DNA from: Azolla caroliniana
Lineage: Eukaryota > Plantae > Polypodiophyta
Assembly (NCBI GenBank): GCA_043228905.1
Contig: JBHGNT010000006.1
Coordinates: forward strand, 9,548,001-9,612,000
Direction of reading: 5' to 3'
Length of the DNA stretch: 64,000 bases
Shown: piece by piece, positions 47,325 to 58,924 of the stretch
How positions within the stretch are numbered: position 1 is the stretch's first letter
Layout of the letters: each line of letters starts with the position of its first letter
Position numbers and translations under genes: made by a program
The notes under the pieces: model-generated
Seen by the model: only the letters and a program-made list of their open reading frames with translations
The model's database searches: none
What the model was told of the DNA's origin: nothing

Positions 47325-47972
47325 GTGGCTTGCGGACGACTAGATCTAGCGGTCTTTTTGATGGAGGTAGAACTATGTTCGTTGTGCACTGTAGGGGAGA
47401 TGGCATCCACATGGATGATGACCCTCTTCCACTTATGGATGGAGTACTCATTGCCCCCCGAGATCAACAAGCGGTTTCATATTGTGGATCCACTATGGGT
47501 ACAACTAGAAGGCCAAAGTGATAAGGGTGAAGACATACTCACTCGGGTCCCTGAACGGGAATATGTCTTCATTCCAATATTGCACTCAGGGCATTGGGTG
47601 CTTTGGTTGAAGATGCGACAGACTCCTATAGGTCTCGATGCCAAGGTGAGAAGCCCAATTGTTTTTTGTGATCCACTAAATAATCATCCGACTGCCGGCA
47701 TGAATACATTGGGTGATTTGGATGTACGACATATCTCTAGCGCCACACATGACCGTTGCATCATCAACAACGAACGGTTCCAGGTATTGCATATCCCAAC
47801 ACAACCTAATGGGACGGATTGTGGGTATTACGTGATGCAAACCATTCGTATGTTGGTCGAGGAGTTCATTCAAGGATTTGAGTCTGATCAATTTGTAAGA
47901 TTTATGAGAATTGAATTTGAGCATTTGTTTTTGGAAGGGCTTAGGTTGATGGCATCTTGTGGTGTAGGGTAA
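47325..47972 (+). CDS. Ulp1-like (peptidase C48) protease domain
   Basis: YVFIPILHSGHWVL (His), CDPL (Asp), PTQPNGTDCGYYVM (Gln/Cys). Confidence 0.85.
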   Translation: MACGRLDLAVFLMEVELCSLCTVGEMASTWMMTLFHLWMEYSLPPEINKRFHIVDPLWVQLEGQSDKGEDILTRVPEREYVFIPILHSGHWVLWLKMRQTPIGLDAKVRSPIVFCDPLNNHPTAGMNTLGDLDVRHISSATHDRCIINNERFQVLHIPTQPNGTDCGYYVMQTIRMLVEEFIQGFESDQFVRFMRIEFEHLFLEGLRLMASCGVG

Positions 47973-48149
47973 GGAGCAATGGTTTGGATTCGAAGACGTG
48001 GAGCTCCTTCGGAAAATTATGGCAAAATGGACACGAAGGACTCTGGGCATAGGGTTATTTTAATCACTAGCATGTTGTACTTTGTAACATCAAACATATG
48101 ATCTCGATGTACTATCTCATGCGGATTGCCAACCTTTTTGTAATATCAA

Positions 48150-48650
48150 ATCAATAGTTGAATCTCATTTTGGTTGTATATGACTCAATTTGATGTACAT
48201 TCTGGTTGTGAGTCTTATTATTTGAATCTCATTCTGGTTGTATATGACTCAATTTGAATCTCATTCTAGTTAGTGTGTGACCCAAAGTGAATCTTATTCA
48301 AAAGCAATGTACAATAATGCAATACTAGTCAATAATGGAGAAGGTATCAAAAGCAATGTACAATAATGCAATACTAGTCAATAATGGAGAAGGTAGACAA
48401 AGCAATGTACAACAATGTTATAGGAGGGAGCCCGACTAATTAATGAGAAACCCAACTGATTAACGAGGAGCCCGACTCGTTACAAAAGAGGGAGCCTGAC
48501 TAATTAATGAGCCCAACTAATTAATGAGAAGCCCAACTGATTAACGAGGAGCCCGACTCGTTACAAAAGAGGGAGCCTGACTAATTAATGAGCTCGACTA
48601 ATTAATGAGGAGCCCGACTCGTTACAAAAGAGGGAGCCCGACTCATTAAT
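48150..48650. repeat. Cluster of short tandem repeats between Ulp1 and transposase genes
   Basis: GAATCTCATT..TATATGACTCAATTTG repeats; ~49-bp AAAGCAATGTACAATAATGC.. duplication; GAGCCCGACT/CTAATTAATGAG array at 48425-48650. Confidence 0.85.
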
Positions 48651-48999
48651 AGCCAATTGCCCAACTACGTGTAATGATGGCGTTTCAACGATCATACTAA
48701 TGACTACAGCAAATTGATTCACCAAATTCAGTAGCATGCACTAAGAGGTAGACTCATTCACTAAGGATTGAACTCATTCCCTTCCTTAACAGTCTATTAA
48801 TCACTCGCACTCATTTCATTCACCCTCATTCTCGATCGTTCACTAATAGCCCTAAACATTCTCGAACTAATTCATTGAAGAAGAGCTGAAATAATCCACT
48901 CCATTCATGTGAATTATTTGAATTCATTCATTCGCATAATCTCTCACATTCACTTCATTCACCTCAATCACTAGCATTCTCGACCATATTGTATTTGCT

Positions 49000-50242
49000 A
49001 TGGAGAGCACAATGCATCATGGTGTCTTCACCATGTCGGAAGATGAATTGGAGGATACGTCATGGTCGTCCAATGCATCGTTTGTATCTGAGGACGAATT
49101 GGATATTCCTTTTGAGTCATCAGATTCCGATCATGAGGATGAGGTTGTCGATCCCTTCATGTATTGTTCCCCTAGGTATTTTGCATTTTCAAGAGGTACG
49201 TATAATTTGATGGTTAAAGATTTATTGGGACAAGTTAAGGTAACATTGGAATCATTACATGATGTTGCGAGGGGAGCACCTCTTTCACTTCATGCATGGA
49301 GGCGCATGAAGTGTCGTCTCATACTCGGGAATGAGAGTGCAATTTACCTTAAAGCATCACCTAATCTTCAAGTATTATACGTCAAGAAATGGAGGGAAGT
49401 AGTATTAGCATCACATGGTGACACATCCCATCACACGTTTTCAAAGACTCTTAAAGAGTTAAAGCTAGTTTATGCGACTGATGTACGTGATTATGGCATC
49501 CAACCAGAGTACGTAAAAGCACTCATTACAAGTTGTGGTTGCCAAATGGTATCGAATGTCGACCCGATAGAAGGTTTGGGATCAAGCATGGCCAAATATA
49601 ACAAGACCCTACCCATAGAAGTGATCAAGGTAGAAACCCACCAGTTAGATGATGCACTCATAGATTTGCAAACCAAGTACCACACACGTTTAAGGAAAGG
49701 AGTCAAGAAGGGTATGCATGTGACTAGGTATAGTTGCCATCATGTTGGGACATCTCGACTTGCATCTAATTCCACTCGACAACGTAGGTGCACACCGTGG
49801 GTGCACATTCCATGTGGACGTTACAATGAATGACGGTGTTTACAATGAGACAGTTACCATTTCAATATATGGACCTCATAGTGGTCATGTACCATGTAGT
49901 AGGTCAGATGTGTACCATTTGCCAGTACACCCCAATGTCATAAGTTGTTGCAAAGATGACCTATTTGATGTTGGGTGTACAAGACATGTGGCACGAATGA
50001 GCATGCGTAAGGAAGCATATCATAAGTCCAAGGCTAATCCATTAGAGCTTGTTAGCTATCGGTTCTTTATGATACCAAAGGAGGTCCATCACATGGCAAA
50101 TAGGTTAAAAATCGGGAGTGTCATGACTAAGGTTGATTGGGCTTTGATGATGCAAGATGCCTATGCACTCCGAGATCTTGGGAAAGTGGCTCATGTTCAA
50201 CCCTACCTGCCTGGTGAACCAGGATCTCCCGCCAAACAGTAA
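49000..50242 (+). pseudogene. MULE transposase N-terminal half
   Basis: RYSCHHVG..GCTFHVDV..IYGPHSGH (WRKY/GCM1-like zinc finger); frameshift near 49790; homologous to 12411-12930. Confidence 0.75.
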
Positions 50243-50862
50243 AGGGTTAGTGTTGTTTTGAGAGTTCTTTTCTAATATAGTACTATCTCCCTTGATCTAC
50301 TGTGTAAGTGCCAGTGTGATAATTAGCAAGGGTTATACTCTATTAAGAAGTGCATAACTGGAAATGTAAGGTTAAGCGTGTTAGCGTAGTTACACATCGT
50401 TCCTTCGGTTGTAGCCGGGAACCTTCACGCCCTGTAGATACGTACCATTTAGTAACAAGTGAGGTCTGGACGTACGCAGTACACCTCTCTATCCCTTGTA
50501 ACGCAACCCCTTGATGCCTACCCTGAAGGATTGTGGGTAGACAGTGTTCTAGTCGACAGTACGCCAACGACACTGTTGGCACGCTTGGTTGGACGAACCC
50601 ACAATCCCTTGATTAGAAGTCAAGTGCCAGGTGTTGTCCGCCGGAAAAGTAATCCCTTAACACGCATAGTGGGAAAGGGGAAATAGCCGATATGGTTATC
50701 GAGCAAGCATTAACTCTCGAATTGGAAGCGGAAGATGAAGGATTTTCCATGTCATCGTTATGTCAAGCATTGCCGCACAACGAGGAACATCGCTTCCACC
50801 AGGCTATTCAATCTACAATCTGCTTAAACTCGAGGCATTCCGCGGTGGAATGCAACATGTGA

Positions 50863-52179
50863 ATGCATTGCCCTATTTGCCACTCAAAGGCGCACACAGT
50901 GGAGCAATGTGATTACAATATGCTTAATAGATCGACACCCGTTGTATGGTGCATGGAACCACAACGGCAATATCGCAGGAATGGTCAAGAATGGCAAGAG
51001 GATCACTTTCGGTATGCAGACCAATATCAACACGGAGAGCGCCCATTCCGAAATCGTCGTAACAACGACCCATATTCCAAGGAAGAAGATCGGGAGGATG
51101 ACAAATATAGGAATGCTAATCAGTATAATCGAGGGGGGCGTCGTTACGACAATCGCCGTTCGGCAAACAATCGAGGGGGATTCAACAGGCCTCGCTCACA
51201 CGGAAACAACCAACAGTATAGGGACCAACAACGTTATGACGAGAGTTTGGAGGATGACCAACGTCAGGAGTCATGCCGGGACCAACGTCAACCACCCCGG
51301 AATAACAGGAGAACGCAGCAAAATCGGGAGGAGCAAGTTGCACTTGCGGATACGAATACACCGCCAGTAGTGGAAAGAGGAGAGTCCATCGTACATTGTT
51401 TTGTATGCCAACAACCTAGACATTACGCGATGCGGTGCCCACACCGCAAAGGCAAAGAGACCGCCGTGAATACAATCGCGGCAGAAGTACAACAGGTCAC
51501 CACACGGCAACAAGCAAAGAACGCGGACTGGACTGAACAAGATGAGATACGCAAAGCAACCAAGGATTGGGTAGAAAAAGCAAATTCTGTAAACGTGGAG
51601 CGTATGAAGCAGGAGTCCACACGCACCAGTTCGCCAATAGAGGAGGACACGGCATCACTGAACTCCATATGGCAAGCATTGGCCGCCTACGAGATAACAA
51701 TGACCATGGAGAAGCTTCTCCGACTAGTACCACGATTCTACCAAGCAGTTGAAAATCGCATGACGGGCATGCCTGGAGTAGAAGTTTCAGCAAATTTTGT
51801 GGAGACTCGTACCAATCCAACAGTCATCGATCATCACAATCTAGCCATTAAGCTGGTATTACAGGGACAGGAAATCACGGGATGTATCGTTGATGGGGGA
51901 TCAGGTGTCAATGTCATTAATACAACCACATGCGCACGATTGGGAATCCCAGATTGGGAAGCGTGCCCTTTTTGGCTCCGCATGGCCAACACTCGTTCTG
52001 TCAGACCGTTAGGGATGATTCGGAAATTAGGGATTGTTGTTGGTGGCCATCATTTCGAAATATCGGCGGTTGTACTCGCATTAGACGCCCTAGGAGCATA
52101 CCCAATATTGCTTGGCAGGCCGTGGTTACGCTCGGCCGACATAAAACAAAACTGGCGGCATAATTGCATTAGTTTCTGA
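50863..52179 (+). CDS. gag: Gypsy Gag C-terminus plus protease
   Basis: CPICHSKAHTVEQC and CFVCQQPRHYAMRC knuckles; CIVDGGSGVN; ILLGRPWL. Confidence 0.85.
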   Translation: MHCPICHSKAHTVEQCDYNMLNRSTPVVWCMEPQRQYRRNGQEWQEDHFRYADQYQHGERPFRNRRNNDPYSKEEDREDDKYRNANQYNRGGRRYDNRRSANNRGGFNRPRSHGNNQQYRDQQRYDESLEDDQRQESCRDQRQPPRNNRRTQQNREEQVALADTNTPPVVERGESIVHCFVCQQPRHYAMRCPHRKGKETAVNTIAAEVQQVTTRQQAKNADWTEQDEIRKATKDWVEKANSVNVERMKQESTRTSSPIEEDTASLNSIWQALAAYEITMTMEKLLRLVPRFYQAVENRMTGMPGVEVSANFVETRTNPTVIDHHNLAIKLVLQGQEITGCIVDGGSGVNVINTTTCARLGIPDWEACPFWLRMANTRSVRPLGMIRKLGIVVGGHHFEISAVVLALDALGAYPILLGRPWLRSADIKQNWRHNCISF

Positions 52180-52266
52180 CGAGGACGGAGCAAAATCCGC
52201 GTAACCACCCAAGAAACGGCACCACTCACCAAGGGCATAACACCATTATACACGGAAGACATAAAT

Positions 52267-55200
52267 ATGCTAGAAGGAGTGGAGGATACGGAGCTAGAAG
52301 CGTACCTTGATGATCACCCACGGGTCGTCCCATTATTCGAAATTGACATAATAGAAACTGCCACGGAATATGCCCCCACTACAACGCTTAAGGAGGAGGC
52401 ATACGAACTGGACCCAGAATCGATCATGGAGTTAAGCATAGCACGTGCCTTGTTCGAACGGGAAATGGAAATCTCGCGGTGTGTCATCGCCTCATCATTA
52501 GAAGAAATCAATGTCGAAACACCAGCGGATCCTCGATTACTCTCGATTGCGAAAGACTTACTCCCAAGTCAGAAGGCGGCAATGATAGCACTGCTCAAAG
52601 AATATAAGGATGACTTTGCACGGTCCCATGAAGATATGAAAGGGTTGGACCCAAAGTTTTATCAACACAAGATCAACTTATCCACCAACGCGAAACCTGT
52701 ACAGCAGCGGCGGTATCGAATGAACCTGAATTATGCGGCTCGCGTGAAAGAGGAAATTGACAAACTTCTCAAGGCAAGATTTATCCGGTCGGTAAAGCAA
52801 GCTACGTGACTAAGACCGTAGTGCCAAAGAAAAATGGCAAAATCCGTGTTTGCGTAGATTATCGCAAGTTAAATGTCGTGGCAATCACGAATGCATTCAC
52901 CTTACCCTTTACTGACAAGTACTAGATGCGGTCGCAAGCCATGACATGTACAGTTTTTTAGATGGCTTCAGCAGGTACAATCAGGTATGCATGCATCTTG
53001 ACGACCAAGACAAGACTGCGTTCGTCACGGATTGGGGGGTTTACATAGCAGTGGTCATGATGTTTGGGCTAAAAACGGCGCCAATTACTTTCCAGTGAAC
53101 GATCATAGAGATTTTTGGGGAGTACCCACCTTTATGCAAGTTTTTCTTGACAATTTTGCGGTATATGGAATAGGAGCCGAACATTTGGCCCATCTCCGAC
53201 TCTGTTTGGAACGTTGTCGTACTTCACGCCTAAGCTTGAACCCAACAAAGTGCGCATTTGGCGTTACCAATGGAGCCCTCCTTGGCCACATCGTAAGCAA
53301 GGAGGGGATAGCAGTGGATCCTAAGAAAATTACGGCGATAATTGAAGCAAAAACTCCAACTACTGCCAAAGCGCTCAGCCGTTTTTTGGGGCAAATCCGT
53401 ATGTTACGGTATTTGGCGGATTTTGCTACCCCGTTACACGCCAATGTGCATCGCACACCCTTCAAGTGGACGGCAACTAAAGAAAAAGCATATGACGCAC
53501 TCAAGATAATGTTAACTCAAGCATCGGTCGTACAACCACCTGATTGGGCGAAACCATTCCATGTCTTTGTGGATGCTTCAGATATAGCAATAGGCAGCAC
53601 GTTGATGCAGCTCACGGAACCGAATTGGTACAGACTTGTCTATTATGCTAGTCGTAAGCTATCTACTACGGAACGAAATTACTCCACAATAGAACGGGGG
53701 GTGTTGGGAATGATATACAACATCAACAAATTCAGGCATTATTTACTAGGATGAAAATTTACGTTTCACGTAGATCACGCGACGTTATTGTACTTGGTGG
53801 AAAAACAGGCACTAACAGGGAAGCTGGACAGATGGATGCTACTACTCCAAGAGTTTGACTTCGTAATCCAACATCGGCCAGGTAATCCACTACGGTACGG
53901 CAGGGGGGCACTATGTGGGAGATGTTATGGCCAGAAAAATATGCCAAGCAGGTCTATGGTGGCCCACCATGCAAAAAGACGTGCACCTCTACTATAGGCA
54001 GTGCGATCTATGTCAACGATTGGGTCAACCCACGGAGGGCGCGAGGATGCCACACCAACCCGTTCTTCCGTTGGACCCATTCCAGAAGTGGGGTCTTGAT
54101 TTTGTCGGTCCTTTTAAGCCGGCAGTAACACGAACAGGCAATACATATATTTTGGTAGCCACGAACTATTGTACTAAGTGGGTGGAAGCAAAGGCGCTAC
54201 GAGACAACACAACGGCATCAACGGCGAAATTTCTTTATGAATACATCTGGTGTCGTTTCGGTTGCCCCATCGAGCTTATCAGTGATCAAGGGAGCCACTT
54301 TCTGAATTCAGTCATCCACGAGCTCACACACCATTACGCAATCGTTCATAAGAAAAGCACGCCATACTATCCACAGGTGAATGGACTAGCAAAGTCTACG
54401 AACAAAATCTTGCAGACGATACCGAAGAAGATCGTGAATGAGAATAGAACGGACTAGGATACTAAATTGCACAATGCCTTGTGGGCGTATCAGACCAGTT
54501 ACAACACTAGCATACAGTCTACGCCATTCTGGTTGGCATTTGGGTTAGAAGCTGTAATGCCCATCGAATTTCAAGTGCCCAGTTTGCGGATTCAAGTATG
54601 AGAACGACTAGCAGAAGGCCAGTCTGAGCAGCTACGATTACAACAACTCCTTGAATTAGGCGAAGCTTGGGTACGTAGTTGTTAGGAAACAGGTCCCTCC
54701 GGATGGGAAGTGAGAAGAACAGTGTTGATGAGCAACTCGTGGAGTACCCGGCAACGGAAGACCCGGTGGGAACCGGATGACGAGTACCCGGCAATGGAAG
54801 ACCCGATGAGAACCGGATGTTGCAGGCCCAGTGAGAACTTCTCATCAGATGGAAGGGACATATATGTAAATATGTTCCAGAGAGCCCACTGGGGCTATAT
54901 TTGTAAATAGCCCGAAAGTCATATTAGTATAAATATGACCTAGGGCAAACTTAATATTAGGATGATGTAGAGTTGGTTGTGTTATTATCATTGTTGTGAT
55001 AATTCAGAGCGTAACTATGTACAGAGAAGAGAGAGAGAGAAGAAGAGGTTGTTGCCTCTGTTGTAACCGCCTGGTGGCGAAGCGAGGGAGCAAGAGGTCG
55101 TTGCCTCTGTGCCCCATTGTTGTAATCTTGATATAGAGATATTTTGCAGTTTGAGTATTGCCGTGGTTTTTCCCAGATTTGGGTTTTCCACGTTAACATC

Positions 55201-55630
55201 CAGTGCACTTTTCTTCTTTACTGTTTTTTCGTGTGTAGATACATCTCACCACATCCCTGTTTTCTGTGCTTGATCCGACGTCTGAGTTGTGGCCGAGCAT
55301 AGCAAAGGAAACCGTATTCCTTTCAGTAGTATGACCATACTTGAGCAGGAACAGAGACGGTGTAAAGCATTTGTCAATCAACATCGGGTCACGTGGGAGA
55401 AGGACTTCGCAGTCGGGAAGGCCGTGTTGGTCTTTCAAACACACATGGGTCAAATGCCAAGAAAGTTGCAGTTTCGCTCGACGGGACCATACTAGATAGT
55501 TGCAGCGGAAAAAAGCACTTTCCAATTAGGGACCCTCGCTGGAGAGATACTATGCCAAAAAGTGAAGGGATTCAGGTTAAAACCTTATTTGGGACCTATG
55601 CCACCAAACCCGTTTCACGTCGTAGATGAC
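52267..55630 (+). pseudogene. pol: Gypsy RT-RNaseH-integrase, disrupted
   Basis: YQHKINL..PVQQRRYRM, FVDASDIAIG, QKWGLDFVGPF, ISDQGSHF, GPY; stops, deletions and a solo-LTR insert. Confidence 0.88.
54680..55325 (+). mobile_element. Copia-type solo LTR (646 bp)
   Basis: TG...CA; perfect TSD GTAGT; motifs shared with copia B LTR (GGTCCCTCC, ATATTTGTAAATAGCCC, GTATAAATATGAC, GTTGTGGCCGAGCA). Confidence 0.92.
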
Positions 55631-56014
55631 GCGGCTGAAGGGTCCCACGATTAATTAATATCTGGGACCTACTTGTAATATAGTGTAACAGTAATATTCT
55701 ACTGTACCGTTAAAAAAAAGGGGGGGGGGGGGGGGGGGGAAGACAGTCACGACTATTAAAAAGGGCTTTTATGCATGCACAAACTTCAAGATCAAGAACA
55801 CGCGACACCACGATGTCACACAAGCCAATAAACCCTAGGGAACAAAAAGAAGGTTACAGATGATTTTCTGCACATCACGGAAAATAGACTTCCGCCTTCA
55901 ACCTTCCTTGCTCTCTTCGCTCCTCCCGCTCTCCTCACTCCCCACCATACCACGAGAGTGCCCAATCACCACGGCTTGCGAACCTCACCTAGTTGACCCT
56001 TCCCCCCTTTCCCC

Positions 56015-56410
56015 ATGATGTCGATCGCCATCTCTGCAGCCTTACACAGGTGGCTCATGGAAAAAGGATTTGAGGGATATATCAAGGTCGCGGAAGCACC
56101 ATCGCACCCTGACGCGCTGGAGATAGCCAAGAAACTCAACGTGGACACAATGATGAACTCCACCATCCGGAAGAAATTAGGACTGTCCGCGAATAGGGGA
56201 AAACACTTCGATATTTCCCCTACAGAAACTCTCGAGAAATATTTTGGGGAGTATTCGGTATCGGCAAAGGCATTAAGAACGAAGGACATTCCAAACCCCT
56301 TCTTTCGGGAAGTCGCCAAGTTCCTATTGGAGGTTGGGTGCATACACGTTAACGCGTACGAGATGCCTAAATAGAAAGCAGGCGTCATAATCGATACCTT
56401 CGAAGGGCAC
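56015..56410 (+). pseudogene. Extra ORF 3' of pol, part 1 (continues at 63553)
   Basis: MMSIAISAALH...YEMPK*KAGVIIDTFEGH joins IVDWGVITG in frame after removing 56411-63547 and one GGCAC. Confidence 0.6.
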
Positions 56411-56929
56411 TGTCAAGATTCGAACTCTTGACATGACCATGTTATAATCGAGTGTTATGTGTTAACCACACATCTAGCATATAATCATGTATATACTTCC
56501 TCATTGTAGGTTTTAGCTAGCATTATGTGCATAATTTCTCCCTTGTATTATTAACACTTGGCACATGCATGCATACCTACTGCCTACATGCGTGCAACAG
56601 GTATGCATGCCACTTAGTATAAATAGTTGAGTTCACCTTGAAGGAATTCAAGGTGAACAACGCCAGTCATGGACAGACATATCAATCTAGTATTCTCATT
56701 TCGCCCATCTTCATCTCTATCTTTATGCTCTTGTGTCATTCCGTCATCGCTCCGTCGTAACCTCATCATCTGTGCTCCGTCTTAGTCCGCACTTAGTGTA
56801 TCCGTGACAGTTTGTTCACCTTCCAACTAGAACCATCACCCGTCTCCGTCATCGCCCTTACATCTAGAGTTACCATCGTCACCGTACCATCATCAACATC
56901 GCTTCATTGTCTCTATTTTTTAGTTTCTT

Positions 56930-57518
56930 TCCCGTTCATGTTCATGTTCTAGTTCCCGGTGAGGGCCGCACAAAGCCGCTCACTCCCGTTGGTGTTCATG
57001 TTCTAGTTCCCGATGAGGGCTGCACAAGGCTGCTCACTCCCATTGGTGTTCATGTTCCAGTTCCCGGTGAGGGCCGCATGGTTGCTCACACACGTTCGTG
57101 TTCGAGTTCCCGGTGAGGGCCGCATCGTGTTCCTGTTCCCGGTGAGGGCCGCACATGGCCGCTCACTCCCGTTCGTGTTCCAGTCTCCGGTGAGGACCAC
57201 ACATGGCCGCTTACTCCAACTATTGTTCGTGTTCCAAATCCCGGTGAGGACCGACATGGTCGTTGTTCATGTTCCAGTTCCTGGTAAGGACCGCACATGG
57301 TCGATTACTCCCATTCATGTTCTTGTTCCCGGTAAGGGCCACATGGTCACTCACTCGTTCGTGTTCCATTTCTCGGTGAGGACAACATGGTTGCTCATGC
57401 CCGTTGGTGTTCGTGTTCCAACTCTCAGCGAGGACCGTTCCAGTTCCCGGCAAGGACCTTACATGGTTACTAATGCCCCTTGGTGTTCATGCTCCCCGTG
57501 AGGACCGCACATGGTCGC
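56930..57518. repeat. Degenerate tandem array (~25-50-bp units) inside the non-autonomous element
   Basis: Recurring TTCCCGGTGAGG(G/A)CCGCACATGG..CTCACTCCCGTT..GTGTTCATG; one more unit after 62915. Confidence 0.88.
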
Positions 57519-58075
57519 TGTCATGATAACATTCACATCATGCATCAAAAGGATCATGACACTCACATTATGACTCGAAAGGATTTGAACCCACGACCTT
57601 GTTGTACACATGTCAAATCCTTAACCATTGTATTACTATTCTTATATGTATAGTCTCTAGAATATGAAATCTAATATCATAGGAATATTCTATATTACTC
57701 TACATTCTAGAATGTTCTAGAATATTCTAGAGTGTTCTATACCACTAGAACCTTCTAGAATACTCTAAAGATCTTCTAGATTACTCTACATTCTAGGATA
57801 ACCTAGAATATTCTAGAATGTTCTCTATTACTTATAAATAGGGATCTACCACCCATCCCAAACCTAAATTGGTTCAACGCCATTTTGTAGCCTACTTTTT
57901 GTAATCCATTTTACGCTTCAATATAATAATTCTCTTTCAATTATCTCTCTATCTCTTTTTCTCTCTTTCTCTCTCTCAGTCTTGACAGTTTGAACCAATT
58001 TTTTTCCTTTCATCTCTTCGTCTTCCACAAATCCTAACAAGTTCTCTTCTTCCTTCTCCTCTCCTCTCGTAAGCT

Positions 58076-58759
58076 ATGGAGTCCGTGAGCAAACAAGAAT
58101 ACGTGCGTGTTCTTTCTGAGCTCGACATGCTCACGAATAAATTTGTGGCATTAGAGCATGAGAATCAAAGGCTACTTGGAGATCTACAACACGTGAGCGC
58201 CGAAAAAGCTCAACAATATGAAGAGTTATCACAACGGGTTCATCAACTCGAGGCGACTATATTGTCATTACGTGAGCAAGCGTCGGGAGCTCAGAACTCC
58301 CCTAGAGAGCCAAAGATCAGCCTCCCTGCTAAGTTTGATGGTACGAGGTCTTTATTTCGAGGCTTTTTGAATCAAGTTCGTCTAGTTATTCAGCTATATC
58401 CCAATCGGTATCCAACTGATGCTGCTCGTGTGGGATTAGTGGGAACTTTGCTATGCGGTACGGCGTTAGCATGGTTCGCACCACTTCTCGAGAAGAAATC
58501 ACCATTGCTGGAGGATTTCGAGGCATTTGTTAAAGAGTTTCAAGCTAGTTTCGGAGACACTGACAGCACTAGGACAGCGATAAACAAGATTCGAAGGCTC
58601 CGACAAGGAGATCGTCCCGCGTTGTCTTATGCAGCCGATTTCCGTCTCTTGGCATGCGATATCCCTTGGGATGAGGCAGCTTTAATGGATCAATTCCGCC
58701 AAGGTTTGAGAAATGATGTCAAAGATCTTCTTCTTACTTTCCCTGAAGATCCGCAGTAA
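58076..58759 (+). CDS. gag: Chromovirus Gag (capsid part; zinc knuckle missing)
   Basis: REPKISLPAKFDGTRS, GTALAWF, LRQG, FRQGLRNDVKD. Confidence 0.88.
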   Translation: MESVSKQEYVRVLSELDMLTNKFVALEHENQRLLGDLQHVSAEKAQQYEELSQRVHQLEATILSLREQASGAQNSPREPKISLPAKFDGTRSLFRGFLNQVRLVIQLYPNRYPTDAARVGLVGTLLCGTALAWFAPLLEKKSPLLEDFEAFVKEFQASFGDTDSTRTAINKIRRLRQGDRPALSYAADFRLLACDIPWDEAALMDQFRQGLRNDVKDLLLTFPEDPQ

Positions 58760-58924
58760 CATAAATAAGCCTCATAGTCCATGCCATGAGAATAGATTCG
58801 ATGTCTTGAGTCAATTAGAGGATGTGTTAAACGAGTAAGTCCGGCCAAAATAGGAGCCATTTGGCTGGACCATCCTAGCTATGTAGAGTTAGTTCCTAGT
58901 CGTGGTTCCATTTCATCAAATCAA

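Larger units (their letters stand above)
44839..50300 (+). mobile_element. Mutator-like element MULE-2 (left TIR 44839-44913), Ulp1 gene plus transposase, interrupted by a gypsy
   Basis: TIR begins GAGGGCAAG; subterminal GAGCCCGACTC repeats; transposase homologous to MULE-1. Confidence 0.72.

Noticed and set aside
47325-47972. Host SUMO protease gene
   Set aside because: It lies between a MULE TIR and a MULE transposase with shared repeat motifs, so it is better explained as transposon cargo.
55712-55739. A8-G20 homopolymer as a PPT or G-quadruplex element
   Set aside because: No LTR follows it, and homopolymer length is unreliable in assemblies.
57013-57501. 162-aa ORF as a real protein
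   Set aside because: It is the translation of the tandem repeat array.
56930-57518. CRISPR-like array
   Set aside because: Units are degenerate and the 'spacers' are themselves repeated; no cas genes; it lies inside an LTR element in eukaryotic DNA.
57571-57638. Functional tRNA genes here, at 23876 and at 56411
   Set aside because: No acceptor or anticodon stem pairing; only the box motifs are tRNA-like, so they are reported as findings instead.
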